Notes: a model not told the origin generated them from the sequence alone. Shown: positions 1 to 10,295, counted from the stretch's first letter. The stretch is 48,659 nucleotides of DNA from Candidatus Pacearchaeota archaeon (GCA_023142835.1 JAGLIS010000023.1:1-48659); one strand, 5' to 3'. Numbers and translations are program-made.

Positions 1-1062
1 TCTTATAAGAAGCTTATGACTAAGAATTTTGAAGTTACAATTATCGACGCTCCAGGTCACAAGGATTTTGTTAAGAATATGATTACGGGTGCTTCGCAAG
101 CAGATGCGGCTTTTTTGACAGTTTCTGCAGATGGTGGTGTTCAACCTCAGACTAAGGAGCATGTTTGGTTGCTTCGAACTATGGGAGTTAAGTCACTTGC
201 TATTTTGGTAAACAAAATGGATGTTGTAGATTATGCTGAAGATAAATACAAGAAAGTTGTAGAAGATGTTTCTGCAGTTATTAAGCAAGCGGGATATAAG
301 CCTGACGAGGTTCCATTCTTAGCAGGTTCTGCTTTGATGGGGGATAACATTGCTAACAAGTCTGACAAGATGGCTTGGTACAAAGGTCCTACTGTTTTGG
401 AGCAGATTGATAAGTTTCCTGCACCAGAGAAACCTACAGGTTTACCTATGAGAATGCCTATCCAAGATGTTTATGAGATTACTGGTATCGGAGTTGTTCC
501 TGTTGGAAAGATTGAAACAGGAATTATGAAAGTCGGTCAGAAGGTAATTGTATTACCTGGTCGAACTGGAACGGGGATAACAGGCGAGGTTCGAAGTATT
601 GAAGCTCATCATGAACAGTTGAAGGAAGGTGAAGCTGGAGATAATGTCGGTATAAGTATTCGAGGTATTGCTAAGAAGGATATGACTCGAGGAGATGTTA
701 TTTGCGACGCTGCTAATCCTGCAAGACTAGTTGAAGAGTTTGAAGCACAGATTGCTGTAATCAATCATCCGACAGTTATTGCTAAGGGATATACACCAGT
801 TTTCCATGTTCACACTGCTCAGGTTCCATGTCAATTTGTAGAAATCAAATCGAAGTTGGATCCAGCTACTGGACAGGTTGCAGAAGAGAACCCAGACTTT
901 TTGAAGAATGGGGATGTTGCTATTGTTAAAATCAAACCGATCGGAAATTTAGTACTTGAGGCAGTTGGAGATAATCCAAATATGGCTCGATTCGCTATCC
1001 GAGACGCAGGTGTTACAGTTGCAGCAGGTGTTTGCAAGAGTTTGGTAGAAAAGAAACTTTAA
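1..1062 (+). CDS. tuf: Elongation factor 1-alpha (archaeal EF-Tu), 5'-truncated by the window edge
   Basis: Frame is open from base 1 (SYKKLMTK...). IIDAPGHKDFVKNMITGASQAD and NKMD GTPase motifs; PLRMPIQDVY-type domain II; C-terminal RFAIRDAG. Confidence 0.98.
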   Translation, partial: SYKKLMTKNFEVTIIDAPGHKDFVKNMITGASQADAAFLTVSADGGVQPQTKEHVWLLRTMGVKSLAILVNKMDVVDYAEDKYKKVVEDVSAVIKQAGYKPDEVPFLAGSALMGDNIANKSDKMAWYKGPTVLEQIDKFPAPEKPTGLPMRMPIQDVYEITGIGVVPVGKIETGIMKVGQKVIVLPGRTGTGITGEVRSIEAHHEQLKEGEAGDNVGISIRGIAKKDMTRGDVICDAANPARLVEEFEAQIAVINHPTVIAKGYTPVFHVHTAQVPCQFVEIKSKLDPATGQVAEENPDFLKNGDVAIVKIKPIGNLVLEAVGDNPNMARFAIRDAGVTVAAGVCKSLVEKKL

Positions 1063-1078
1063 ATTTGCTGAAAACTTT

Positions 1079-1100
1079 GGGTTGAATAAACCCTTTTTTT
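1079..1100 (+). terminator. Hairpin plus T-tract after tuf
   Basis: GGGTT-gaata-AACCC followed by T7, 17 nt after the stop codon. Confidence 0.6.
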
Positions 1101-1298
1101 ATTTTTTTATAATTAAATCCTTGGAGATTTTTTCCAGGGGTTAAGAATTTTTTGATTGTTAGTTAGATGAATATATTTTATTAAGCTTTGGGATTTTTTA
1201 ATCTATCCTAGGTTGTTGCAAACTTTTTGATTTATATGAGTTGATAGAAATAATTTTATCATATAAGTTTTTAAAAAGGATTATTTATTTGGAGAGGT

Positions 1299-1646
1299 AT
1301 GGGATTGTTAGAGAAATTAGTTTTGCCAAAGATTGATAAGGAATTTAAATGTGATGCTGTGGTAATTGAGGGAGAAACTTATATATCAGGTGTAGAAGAT
1401 GTTCGTTTTGTTGGAACGGGGCGTGTAGTTGGATCTGTTTATGTAGATAAAAAATTGGAAAAAAGAGTTACTAGGGAGATTGAGTTTTTGATACCAATTG
1501 CATTAAAACGTGGGTGTGGTTACGAAGAATTTTTAGAATATGTTTCAGATAGCATAGACAGAGAATATTCTAAAATGAGTCAGGAAAATATGGATATTTG
1601 TTTTAAACCTATCTATGACTATTATAGTGATGTGTTTAAATCTTAA
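1299..1646 (+). CDS. Hypothetical protein (accessory)
   Basis: 115-aa ORF with GGAGAGG SD-like motif and a TATA-like box upstream; no recognisable motif. Confidence 0.7.
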   Translation: MGLLEKLVLPKIDKEFKCDAVVIEGETYISGVEDVRFVGTGRVVGSVYVDKKLEKRVTREIEFLIPIALKRGCGYEEFLEYVSDSIDREYSKMSQENMDICFKPIYDYYSDVFKS

Positions 1647-1687
1647 TCATATAAATTCTTAAAAACTAATCTTGGTTTTTTTATGTT

Positions 1688-2251
1688 ATGGTAATTCAGG
1701 TGCGTGAGAAGACGATTGAGGAGATTGAGGGCAGGTTAGCGGGGATGGATACTGCGTTGAATAAGATTAATTATTTGGAGTCGGTGTTGAAGGCGACGAG
1801 TTTTAGTTTTGAGATTAAGCGGTTTTTATGGAAAGAGTTGTCTGAGTTGTATGAAGGGCGAGGGATGTTTGAGAAGTCAGCTAAGGCGATGGCGAATAAG
1901 GCTGGGATGGAGATTTCTTTTAGGGAGAAAATTGATAGTTATATAACTGCGGCGGAGTTGTTCTCGAGGGTTGGGAAGGTTGATGATGCTGAGGATATGT
2001 TTGTTCGGGCTGGGCGTGATGCGAATGTTGAACAAAAGCGGATGGTGAAGTTAGCTCGAAAAAATGTTTATATTGTTTCTGCACGTGAGTTAGAACGTAA
2101 GGGAAAACGGGCTGGCGCTGCGAAATTTTATGAGAGATTAATTAAGATGGATTTGGAGGAAGTTGAGAAAGAGGAAATTAAAGGGAAATTAATCCTAACA
2201 TATAATGCGCTTGGTTTGTTTAGAGAGGCTAAGTTGCTTGAAGGTTTTTAA
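1688..2251 (+). CDS. Alpha-helical TPR-like repeat protein
   Basis: 187 aa; repeated helical patterns such as LSELYEGRGMFEKSAK, AELFSRVGKVDDAEDMF and AAKFYERL. Confidence 0.7.
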   Translation: MVIQVREKTIEEIEGRLAGMDTALNKINYLESVLKATSFSFEIKRFLWKELSELYEGRGMFEKSAKAMANKAGMEISFREKIDSYITAAELFSRVGKVDDAEDMFVRAGRDANVEQKRMVKLARKNVYIVSARELERKGKRAGAAKFYERLIKMDLEEVEKEEIKGKLILTYNALGLFREAKLLEGF

Positions 2252-2264
2252 TCTAAACTTAAAA

Positions 2265-3071
2265 TTATTTAATTGCTTTAAAATTGTTCCAAGCAATTTC
2301 GAAAAGTTGTTCTAAGGCTTGAGCGAAAAATTCAGTGTTTAACCAAATTCCTATGTCGTAGCTTGGATGAACTTCCTCGTCGTTTAGAAGCATGAACATT
2401 AGCTGTTCACCATCGATTATCATAAATCTTGCTCGAAGGTCTCCAATATCTTTGACTTCTGCAACCTTTGAAAAATCTTTGGCAACTTGTTTATTTTCTG
2501 TAGTTATTGGTGCTGAAATTTTTATTGTAATTCCTCGCTTCTTTGCTTTTTCTAAACTTGGCAAGAGGATTTCTAATTTTCTGTTTAAGCCGTCTGCAGT
2601 TGTTACAATTGTAATTGTCTTTTGTGCTTCTCTTATTAGCATGTCAAGATGGTTGTATATGTTCTGTCTTCCTTTCAATGCTCCAGATAAATCTGATGAT
2701 TCAATATATTTTATACCGTCGGAAAATATTCCGGTTAATTCTTCGAGGATGTCTTCCCCTTTTAATTTTTCTAGTCTCTGTGATTTTTCTTTTGCGGTAA
2801 TTACAAGATTCTTTTTTACTCGTTCAATTACTTCTTCAGGTTTTAATGCAACGAACTTTATTGGTTTACCGAGTTTCATTACGATAAATCCTTTTTTCTC
2901 AAGTGATTCGAGAATGTCATAAGTTCGGGAACGTGGTACGTCGGAAATGGAAGAAAGCTCTCCTGCCGTGGAAGTTCCTCTAGAAAGTAACGCTGTCCAG
3001 ACTTTTACTTCATATAGATTAAGATCAAATATTTTTCTCAGCCTACTTAAAAATTCATCCTTGACTATCAT
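2265..3071 (-). CDS. TrmB-family transcriptional regulator / chromatin protein
   Basis: LNLYEVKVWTALL...AGELSSISDVPRSRTYDILESLEKKGF wHTH domain plus C-terminal effector domain; 268 aa. Confidence 0.93.
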   Translation of the reverse strand: MIVKDEFLSRLRKIFDLNLYEVKVWTALLSRGTSTAGELSSISDVPRSRTYDILESLEKKGFIVMKLGKPIKFVALKPEEVIERVKKNLVITAKEKSQRLEKLKGEDILEELTGIFSDGIKYIESSDLSGALKGRQNIYNHLDMLIREAQKTITIVTTADGLNRKLEILLPSLEKAKKRGITIKISAPITTENKQVAKDFSKVAEVKDIGDLRARFMIIDGEQLMFMLLNDEEVHPSYDIGIWLNTEFFAQALEQLFEIAWNNFKAIK

Positions 3072-3156
3072 GATTGTTTTAGTTTAGAATAGTATTTAAA
3101 TGTTTCTTTGAATTGTCTAGGACTTGAGGAGTGAATAATATATTTTATCGACGCTA

Positions 3157-5982
3157 TTAGATTTTATTAAATTGAATTACGAATGTCTTGTCTTTTATTT
3201 TCCCTTCTTCGGAGTAGCTAAATTTTTTTTCAGCTTTATCAAATGAAATAGTTTTTGCTCCAACTCTTTCTTTTATAAAATCTAATTGAGTTTCCAATTT
3301 GTCATTAAACTCTGAAAAGATTTCTAATTCTATTGTATCTGTTTTTGTAAGTTCGGCTTTTTTCCTCGCTGCTTGTATTTTTCTTGAAATTTCTCTTGCA
3401 AATCCCTCGGCTTCAAGTTCTGGTGTTAGTTTTGTGTCGAGGGTGACTTTGAGTTCTTCGCCTTTTTTGTAAGATAGTTTTTTGATGTTTAGCTCTTCTT
3501 GGATAATTTCATTTAGCTCCTCGCTTGGTTTTATTGAGGATATGATTATCGCTTTTGCTAATGGCCATTTGATTCCGATTTGAGCTTTATCTCTTTCTCT
3601 TAAGGCTGTTGAAACGATGTCTCTAGTTATTTGCATTTCTTGTTCTAATTCTTTATCAATTAATTTTTTATTTTCCTTAGGATAATTCTCTAAATGAACG
3701 GATTTGTCTTTGCTGTTCATATCTTGGTAAATTTTTTCTGTGGCAAATGGGATTATTGGGGCTAAAACTTTTGTCAATTTTTCTAAAACGTATCTTAGTG
3801 TTCTTCTCGCATTATCGTCGTCGCTGTTGAATCTGTCTCGTGAGTTTCGAATATACCATGTTGACAAATCGTCAATATATTTTTTTATAAAGGCACAGGC
3901 TTTTATTGTGTTGTATTTTTCTAAATTTTCCTGAACTACTTCATTTAGTTTTTCTGTTCGCGAGATTATCCATTTGTCCATAATATTGTTTGATTTTTTG
4001 TAATCTTCATCCCCATTTTTCTGGTAATTCTGATAGAAGTTTGAAACGTTGTAGAGTAAGACTGTGATTTTTTTGTAAGTTTCTTCTAATCCTTTTTCTG
4101 AGAAGTTGATATTTTCTCCTCCGATAACTGGAGATGCTAGTATATAAAATCGCAATGTGTCGGCTCCGTATTTGTCCAGAACTTTTAGTGGGTCTGGGTA
4201 GTTTTTTAAGGATTTAGACATTTTTTTTCCATCTTCAGCTTGGATAACACCTGTTGTTAGAACATTTTCAAATGGGATTTTGTCGAAGAGGATTGCAGAT
4301 AGAGTCATCATATAATAGAACCATGCTCGTGTTTGTCCGATGTATTCTGTTACAAATTGTGCTGGGAAATTTTTGTCGAAGTATTCTTTATTTTCAAATG
4401 GATAGTGAAATTGTGCGAATGTCATCGCTCCAGATTCAAACCAGCAGTCTAAAACTTCGGGGATTCGTGTGTATTCTTCTCCGTCGATTTCTAGCTTGAT
4501 TTCGTCTAAGCAATCTTTATGTAAGTCAATTTTTTTTGGTAGTTTTTTTGCGAATTGTTTTAGTTCTTCGATTGAGCCGAGGACTTTTATTTTTCCTGAT
4601 TCAGATTTCCAAATGGGGATTGCAGTTGCCCAGTATCGGTTTCGTGTGATGTTCCAATCTGGTGCGGTTGAGATGTTATGTTGCATTCTGCCTTTCTTGA
4701 GATATTCTGGAATCCAGTTTATTTCGAGATTTAGTTTTAGAAGTTTATCTTTTATTTTTTGTATATTAACGAACCACGCAGGAAGTGCCCGATAGATTAG
4801 CTTTGTATCACATCTATAACAGAAAGGATATTCGTGTTCCATTTTTCGTGACATAATTGCTTTACCTGATTTTTTTAGGTCGATTACTATTTTTTCGTTT
4901 GCTTCGTGGACAAGTTGTTCTGCGTACTCTTTTATTTCTTTGGTAAATTTTCCGTTTTCGTCGACGGGTTGTACTATAGGAATATTATATTTTTTTGATA
5001 TGATATTATCATCTTCTCCAAATGCGGGTGCGATGTGTACAATTCCAGTTCCTTCTTTGGCTGTTACAAAATCTCCCAGTAAAAATTGAAATGAATTTGG
5101 GTTGTCTTTGAAATATGAAAATAGTGGTTCGTATTTTTTGCCTACGAGTTCCTTACCCTTAACTTCTTTTGTGATTGTGTATTCGTCTTCGGATTTGTAG
5201 AAGGATGGAATTAGCTCTTTGGCTAGTAGGTAGGTGTTGTTATCGGATTTGTCTTGGACGTATGCATAGGTCAATTTTGGATTAATTGCTAACGCTAAGT
5301 TTGAGGGGAGCGTCCACGGAGTTGTTGTCCATGCGATTGCGTAGGTGTTATCTTCGTTTTCGAGTTTGAACTTTACTGTTACTGTTAGATCTTTTACTAT
5401 CTTATATGAATTGTCCATTGCAATTTCGGATTTTGCTAATGGTGTCGAACATCGTGGGCAATACATGAGAATCTTTTCTCCCTCGTATAAGTATCCTTTA
5501 TCGTAAAGTTGTTTGAATGCCCACCAGACTGATTCGATGTAGTTTGTGTCCATGGTTTTGTATCCACCTTCCCAGTCAACCCATCTTCCGATTTTGTCTA
5601 TGTATATTTTCCAATCATTGGCGTAGGTTAAAACTTTACTTCGACAATAGTCGTTGAATTTTTTAATGCCCATTTTTTCAATTTCATTTTTAGAATTAAT
5701 TTTCAGATCTTTTTCGGCGATGTTCTCGATTGGGAGTCCGTGGCAATCCCAGCCCCATGTTCTTTTAACGAATCTTCCCTGCATTGTGAAGAATCTTGGG
5801 AAGACGTCTTTTAGGATTGAAGGGAGTAGGCTTCCGTAATGAGGTAGTCCTGTTGCGAATGGAGGCCCATCGTAGAAAATATAAGGTTTACCTTTTTCTG
5901 TTTTCTTTAATGATTTTTCAAATGTCTTGTCCTTTTTCCAGAAATCTAGAATTTCTATTTCTATTTCTTTAATTTCCGCCAT
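3157..5982 (-). CDS. ileS: Isoleucine--tRNA ligase (type 2)
   Basis: FYDGPPFATGLPHYG, GWDCHGLP, WTTTPWTLPSN, DWNITRNRYWATAIP and KMSKS motifs. Confidence 0.98.
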   Translation of the reverse strand: MAEIKEIEIEILDFWKKDKTFEKSLKKTEKGKPYIFYDGPPFATGLPHYGSLLPSILKDVFPRFFTMQGRFVKRTWGWDCHGLPIENIAEKDLKINSKNEIEKMGIKKFNDYCRSKVLTYANDWKIYIDKIGRWVDWEGGYKTMDTNYIESVWWAFKQLYDKGYLYEGEKILMYCPRCSTPLAKSEIAMDNSYKIVKDLTVTVKFKLENEDNTYAIAWTTTPWTLPSNLALAINPKLTYAYVQDKSDNNTYLLAKELIPSFYKSEDEYTITKEVKGKELVGKKYEPLFSYFKDNPNSFQFLLGDFVTAKEGTGIVHIAPAFGEDDNIISKKYNIPIVQPVDENGKFTKEIKEYAEQLVHEANEKIVIDLKKSGKAIMSRKMEHEYPFCYRCDTKLIYRALPAWFVNIQKIKDKLLKLNLEINWIPEYLKKGRMQHNISTAPDWNITRNRYWATAIPIWKSESGKIKVLGSIEELKQFAKKLPKKIDLHKDCLDEIKLEIDGEEYTRIPEVLDCWFESGAMTFAQFHYPFENKEYFDKNFPAQFVTEYIGQTRAWFYYMMTLSAILFDKIPFENVLTTGVIQAEDGKKMSKSLKNYPDPLKVLDKYGADTLRFYILASPVIGGENINFSEKGLEETYKKITVLLYNVSNFYQNYQKNGDEDYKKSNNIMDKWIISRTEKLNEVVQENLEKYNTIKACAFIKKYIDDLSTWYIRNSRDRFNSDDDNARRTLRYVLEKLTKVLAPIIPFATEKIYQDMNSKDKSVHLENYPKENKKLIDKELEQEMQITRDIVSTALRERDKAQIGIKWPLAKAIIISSIKPSEELNEIIQEELNIKKLSYKKGEELKVTLDTKLTPELEAEGFAREISRKIQAARKKAELTKTDTIELEIFSEFNDKLETQLDFIKERVGAKTISFDKAEKKFSYSEEGKIKDKTFVIQFNKI

Positions 5983-6136
5983 AATATATGTTATTTGGAG
6001 GGTTATTTAAGATTTGTTATATATTTAAAAATCGAATATTTCTTTCTTTTTTATGGAATTGAGAAGGAATAAGATTTTTTATGATTTTGTTAGAAGTCTT
6101 TCCAATATAGGTATTTGTTCTAAGTTAGCAAGATTA

Positions 6137-6850
6137 TCAGGACTTCAAGTTTCCTAAGGCTTCTTCTTCGAGGAAATGCATTTCGCTTGGGATGATTAGA
6201 CAGAATGGCATTTTGATTTCTATTTCTTTAAGATTGTCTAGAGTTTCGTAGAATATTTTTTGGTTTTGAGTTCCTATGTTTGAGCATGCGATAATTTTTC
6301 CTGGAATTTTAATTTTTTCTTTTTCTGAGGAATTTTTTAATTGATTAATTGCATCTACTATTTTGAGTCCTATATCTGTTAAAATAAGGGTATGTGCTTT
6401 TATGGATTGATTTTCTTTTATGTAATTCATGAAGGAAGTCGGTTTGTTTGTGTGTTCTTCCCAGTTTGGCATCGAAGCTGTTTTTCCGAATTTGTAGAGT
6501 TGAAGTCCTGTTTCTGCGATTGCTGTCATGATTGAAGCGTTATGAAAAATCTGGTATTCGATTTTTTGTTTTTTGCATTCGAGGATTAGTTGAATATGCG
6601 TTGTTGCAGAGAGTGAATCTCCGTAGACTAGGAGCGCTATGTTTTGATTTTTCGCTTCTTTAATGATTGATTCGTTTTCTACCATATCTCTTTTTAATTC
6701 TATGAATTTTAATTTGAGTTCTTTTAGAGCGTAGGGAAAGTTTACAGTGTAATTTTCTAAATAGATTTTATCACAGGTTTTGAGAATTTTTAGGGCGTTT
6801 GCTGAGATTGAATTTTCATTGAGACCTGTACCTATTAAATAGAATGTCAT
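6137..6850 (-). CDS. dph5: Diphthine synthase
   Basis: FYLIGTGL, GDSLSATTH, NASIMTAIAETGLQLYKFGKT and HTLILTDI motifs. Confidence 0.95.
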   Translation of the reverse strand: MTFYLIGTGLNENSISANALKILKTCDKIYLENYTVNFPYALKELKLKFIELKRDMVENESIIKEAKNQNIALLVYGDSLSATTHIQLILECKKQKIEYQIFHNASIMTAIAETGLQLYKFGKTASMPNWEEHTNKPTSFMNYIKENQSIKAHTLILTDIGLKIVDAINQLKNSSEKEKIKIPGKIIACSNIGTQNQKIFYETLDNLKEIEIKMPFCLIIPSEMHFLEEEALGNLKS

Positions 6851-6932
6851 GTTTGTAAGATGAAATTTGGGATTTTAAGGTTATTGTTTAGAGTATACTA
6901 ATATTTTTAAATTATTTTGAAACAATGACTAA

Positions 6933-7595
6933 ATGGGTAAAATAATAATCAATAGCGATAAATGGAAAATATATGCTGATGCTGTAGGGGATAAGAATCC
7001 GATTCATCGATGTGATGTATTTGCTAAGAATACTATATTAAAAAATGTTATTGCTCCTGGGATGTATTTGGTTTCGCATGTTCAAGGAAATTTTCAGATT
7101 CGAGAAGCTGAATTTAATTTTAGGAAACCTGTTTATGATGGTGATAAAATTTTAAGAGAAGGAGGGTCGTTTTATAATGATAAGGGGATTGTTTGTGAGG
7201 GAAATGTTACTCTTGGAGAACCAACTGGTAAAACTGTTTCTTTGCCTAAAGGAATTTTTTCTTACAATTCTTCGGTAACTAAAGAGAATCTAAAAGACTT
7301 TTATGATTCTATTGGATTTAAGGGAGAGAGAAATTCTCACCCTGAGATGTATTTAATGGCACTTTCTGCTCCAGCTTTGCTTAATTATGGAGAATCTATG
7401 GGGTTTGTGGGAGTTCATGCTTCTCAATCTATAGAGGTTTGTAAGCCTTTTGGCTTGAATGATGTTCGTGTTCGTGTTTCTGTTGAGGAGAAGATAAAAA
7501 TTAATAAGAGGGTGTGTATTTTTAATTTGTATTGGCGTTTGGAAGATGAAGTCGTCGCTGTAGGTGAATCTAAGGTTTTACCGATTTCTATTTAA
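6933..7595 (+). CDS. MaoC-like (double hot-dog) dehydratase-family protein
   Basis: YADAVGDKNPIH...VIAPGM hydratase motif, FRKPVYDGD, and a second degenerate hot-dog half. Confidence 0.8.
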   Translation: MGKIIINSDKWKIYADAVGDKNPIHRCDVFAKNTILKNVIAPGMYLVSHVQGNFQIREAEFNFRKPVYDGDKILREGGSFYNDKGIVCEGNVTLGEPTGKTVSLPKGIFSYNSSVTKENLKDFYDSIGFKGERNSHPEMYLMALSAPALLNYGESMGFVGVHASQSIEVCKPFGLNDVRVRVSVEEKIKINKRVCIFNLYWRLEDEVVAVGESKVLPISI

Positions 7596-8373
7596 CTTTA
7601 AATTTTGCTTGCCAACGATATTTGTAAGGTCCTATATCTCCTGCTTTTCTTATTGAGATTTTTCCTATTTTATTTTTGGTGTCTTTTTTTATTTCATTGA
7701 GAACTTCTTCTTTTGTTCCGAAACCATGATAGAAAATTGTTGTTCCTTTTTTTGAAAGTTTAAGTGCAGTTTCTAGAAATGTTTCTTTGAGATTTGGTCT
7801 TGGCATTAAAATAATGTCGAATTTTTCTTTTAACTTTATTGGGAGTTTTTTTGCATTTCCTTCTTCAAGAGTTATATTGTCTGAAAGTTTGTTTAAAGCG
7901 ATATTTTTCCTCCCTGCAATATTTGCTTTTTTGTTTAATTCATTGGAGATTATTGTTGCTTGTTTTTTTGATTGTTTAAGTTTTTTTGCAATGACTATCG
8001 GATATGGAGAGATACCTGCAAACAGAACTAAGATTTTAGTTCCTTTTTTCTTAGATAATTTTACTACTTCGTCGGCGATTATTTTTCTTTCGTTTGAGAG
8101 TCTTGGTGAAAAGTAGGATTCGTTGACGTTATATTTGAAAATGCAGTTGTTTTCCTTGTAAGTAGCTTCTTTTGTTTTTAGACCTGCTAGATGTTTTGTT
8201 TTTAATGTTCTGAGTTTTCCAGAGAATCCTTCTGTTTTTTCTAAGACTGTTTTTATAGTTTTATTTTTATTTAAAAATATTTTAGCTTTAAGTTTTTTTA
8301 TTAACCAAAGTGTTCGTCTTGGGAATTTCAGGATTGCGATGTCGCCGATTATGTCTTGAGGTATTTTTCCCAT
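7588..8373 (-). CDS. Trm5/Taw2-family tRNA methyltransferase
   Basis: DIIGDIAI, YKENNCIF, YFSPRLSNER, LFAGISPY SAM-binding motif, ELN. Confidence 0.88.
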   Translation of the reverse strand: MGKIPQDIIGDIAILKFPRRTLWLIKKLKAKIFLNKNKTIKTVLEKTEGFSGKLRTLKTKHLAGLKTKEATYKENNCIFKYNVNESYFSPRLSNERKIIADEVVKLSKKKGTKILVLFAGISPYPIVIAKKLKQSKKQATIISNELNKKANIAGRKNIALNKLSDNITLEEGNAKKLPIKLKEKFDIILMPRPNLKETFLETALKLSKKGTTIFYHGFGTKEEVLNEIKKDTKNKIGKISIRKAGDIGPYKYRWQAKFKVK

Positions 8374-8447
8374 ATAATTGATTATTAGGAAATTTTATAA
8401 AGGTTGTTGATTTGATTTATTTGAGGTAGGGGATGCAATAAGAGGTT

Positions 8448-8750
8448 ATGGTTAAAAAGAAAAAAGGGATGATGAAGAAAAAGAAGGATGAGAAAAAAGA
8501 TGATTTTTGGTTTAGGAAATCTGTTGATTCTAAGAGTGTTGATTGGGATTGGGTGCCAGTTAACTGGAAGGGAGGGGTTAGTTTATTTTTGTTAGTAGGG
8601 ATTAATGTTTTTGCTGCGAATTATTTTCAGATTAATGAATTGGTTATGAGTTCTTGGTCGAAGTTTGGTGTTGTGTTTTTGGTTTCTCTTTTTGTTTTTA
8701 TTATGATTGCTCGGCGAAAGACGAGGGGTGTTAAGGTTAAGAAGTATTAA
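8448..8750 (+). CDS. Small membrane protein (2 TM)
   Basis: WVPVNWKG followed by two hydrophobic segments; GAGG SD-like motif. Confidence 0.75.
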   Translation: MVKKKKGMMKKKKDEKKDDFWFRKSVDSKSVDWDWVPVNWKGGVSLFLLVGINVFAANYFQINELVMSSWSKFGVVFLVSLFVFIMIARRKTRGVKVKKY

Positions 8751-8813
8751 CCTAAACATTTATTAATTTCTTGTGGTTATATTTTTGTATGGAAGGATGG
8801 TTGAAATTATAAG

Positions 8814-9182
8814 ATGCCACACCAATGCGTTCATTGTGGGAAAATAGTTGAGGTTGGGAGTAGGGAGATTCTTGAGGGTTGTAGTAGTTGTAGTGGGAAA
8901 TTTTTTTTCTATATTCGTGAGGAACAGGTGGCTCAAATAAAGGCTTCGAAGGAGACTTTAATTCCTGAATTTGATACGGTGGATAAGAAACAGATAGAGT
9001 CTGATGTGAGGGCTATTTTGAAAATTGAGGATGAGTTGAAGCCAGTCGTTCTGGATTTGGAAAGTATTAGGGTTTTGAAGCCAGGACAATTTGAGATTGA
9101 CATTGTTTCGTTGATGAATCGGAAACCAATTATTTTTAAGTTACAGGAAGGTAAATACTTAATTGATATTGAAAGGATGTGA
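8814..9182 (+). CDS. Zn-ribbon protein, DUF2072/OapC-like
   Basis: MPHQCVHCG...ILEGCSSCSGKFFFY; ESIRVLKPGQFEID...EGKYLID. Confidence 0.88.
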   Translation: MPHQCVHCGKIVEVGSREILEGCSSCSGKFFFYIREEQVAQIKASKETLIPEFDTVDKKQIESDVRAILKIEDELKPVVLDLESIRVLKPGQFEIDIVSLMNRKPIIFKLQEGKYLIDIERM

Positions 9183-9224
9183 AGTTTGGAAAGATTAATA
9201 AATCTGTATTTCGTTTAATTTTTT

Positions 9225-10295
9225 ATGAACAAAAGAGGTATCTCAGCAATTGTAGCTACGGTCTTAATAATTTTAGTTACCGTCGCTGGTGTGACGATTG
9301 TTTGGGCGGCGATTATTCCTTTGATTCAGCAGAGCTTCGAGTTTTCTGAGTTGGAAGGAAGGGTCAGCGTCGTGAGTTCTGGAGGTTATACTTCCTATGA
9401 TGCCGACAAGAAACTTGCGATGGTGCAAGTTAAACGAGATGTTGACGACGAGGTCATGGAAAGTATTAAAATTCTTTTTTCCGTCAACGGTTCCAGCTTC
9501 GGGAGTTCGGTTCCAGCGCCAGAATCGGGACTAACTAAAGTTTATACTTTTGATTTAAGCGATTATGGTGAACCCGACTCTGTGAAAGTTGTTCCAATTT
9601 TTGTCGTCGGTAATACTGAAAAAGAAGGGTCGGTGACTTCCGATGTTAGAATGTCAAAGGGAGTAATTTCAGAAGTTGCGGATATTGTTTATGAATTGGG
9701 GGGAGATTATCAAACTCTTAGAAGGTCATGTTTAGAAATTCTCGATGCTGGAGTTTCCGTAGGTGATGGAGTTTACGATATTTTTATTGGAGGGGATTCA
9801 GTTTCCGTTTATTGTGATATGACTACCGACGGTGGGGGGTGGACGAGGATAGATTTTGTTAACGACCTTCCCCATATAAATCGTTGGACAGGTGGAGATA
9901 CGTGGAGATGGTTGCCTTCAAATTTTGAAACAGTTTTGTCTTCAAATCAAATTCAAGCAATACAATCAATTTCAACAGAAGGTAAGCAGAGGTATGATGG
10001 AACTTGTAATGGAGTCTTACATTATTACTTTGTTGATTGGAACACTTATGATTATTCTTTTGGGTTTAGATTTTTAAATGGTGATGTAACAAGTAATGGG
10101 GTTTCAGATTTAGGGGTTGATTTTACAATAGTTTTGGATGATTGTAAAAATAACAACAACAATGTTCTAGAACATACAATTTTAGATATTAATGATATTA
10201 GGGTTCCGATAGTAAATGTAATGAGTCAGGATAATGGGGGATCTGGAGAGATGTTTGGTTCAGCTCTAACGGCAAATCCTGCGTGGTTGAGATAA
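9225..10295 (+). CDS. Archaeal type IV pilin-like protein with C-terminal fibrinogen-like domain
   Basis: Class III signal peptide MNKRG/ISAIVATVLIILVTVAGV; RSCLEILDAG...GDGVY...VYCDMTTDGGGWT. Confidence 0.88.
   Translation: MNKRGISAIVATVLIILVTVAGVTIVWAAIIPLIQQSFEFSELEGRVSVVSSGGYTSYDADKKLAMVQVKRDVDDEVMESIKILFSVNGSSFGSSVPAPESGLTKVYTFDLSDYGEPDSVKVVPIFVVGNTEKEGSVTSDVRMSKGVISEVADIVYELGGDYQTLRRSCLEILDAGVSVGDGVYDIFIGGDSVSVYCDMTTDGGGWTRIDFVNDLPHINRWTGGDTWRWLPSNFETVLSSNQIQAIQSISTEGKQRYDGTCNGVLHYYFVDWNTYDYSFGFRFLNGDVTSNGVSDLGVDFTIVLDDCKNNNNNVLEHTILDINDIRVPIVNVMSQDNGGSGEMFGSALTANPAWLR

Noticed and set aside
1063..1298. Absence of rps10 after tuf
   Set aside because: Operon breakage is common in reduced archaeal genomes and cannot be interpreted from one window.
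6053..6157. 34-aa ORF (MELRRNKIFYDF...) behind a TATA-like box
   Set aside because: Short, overlaps the dph5 3' end on the opposite strand, and has no recognisable homology; at most a remnant.
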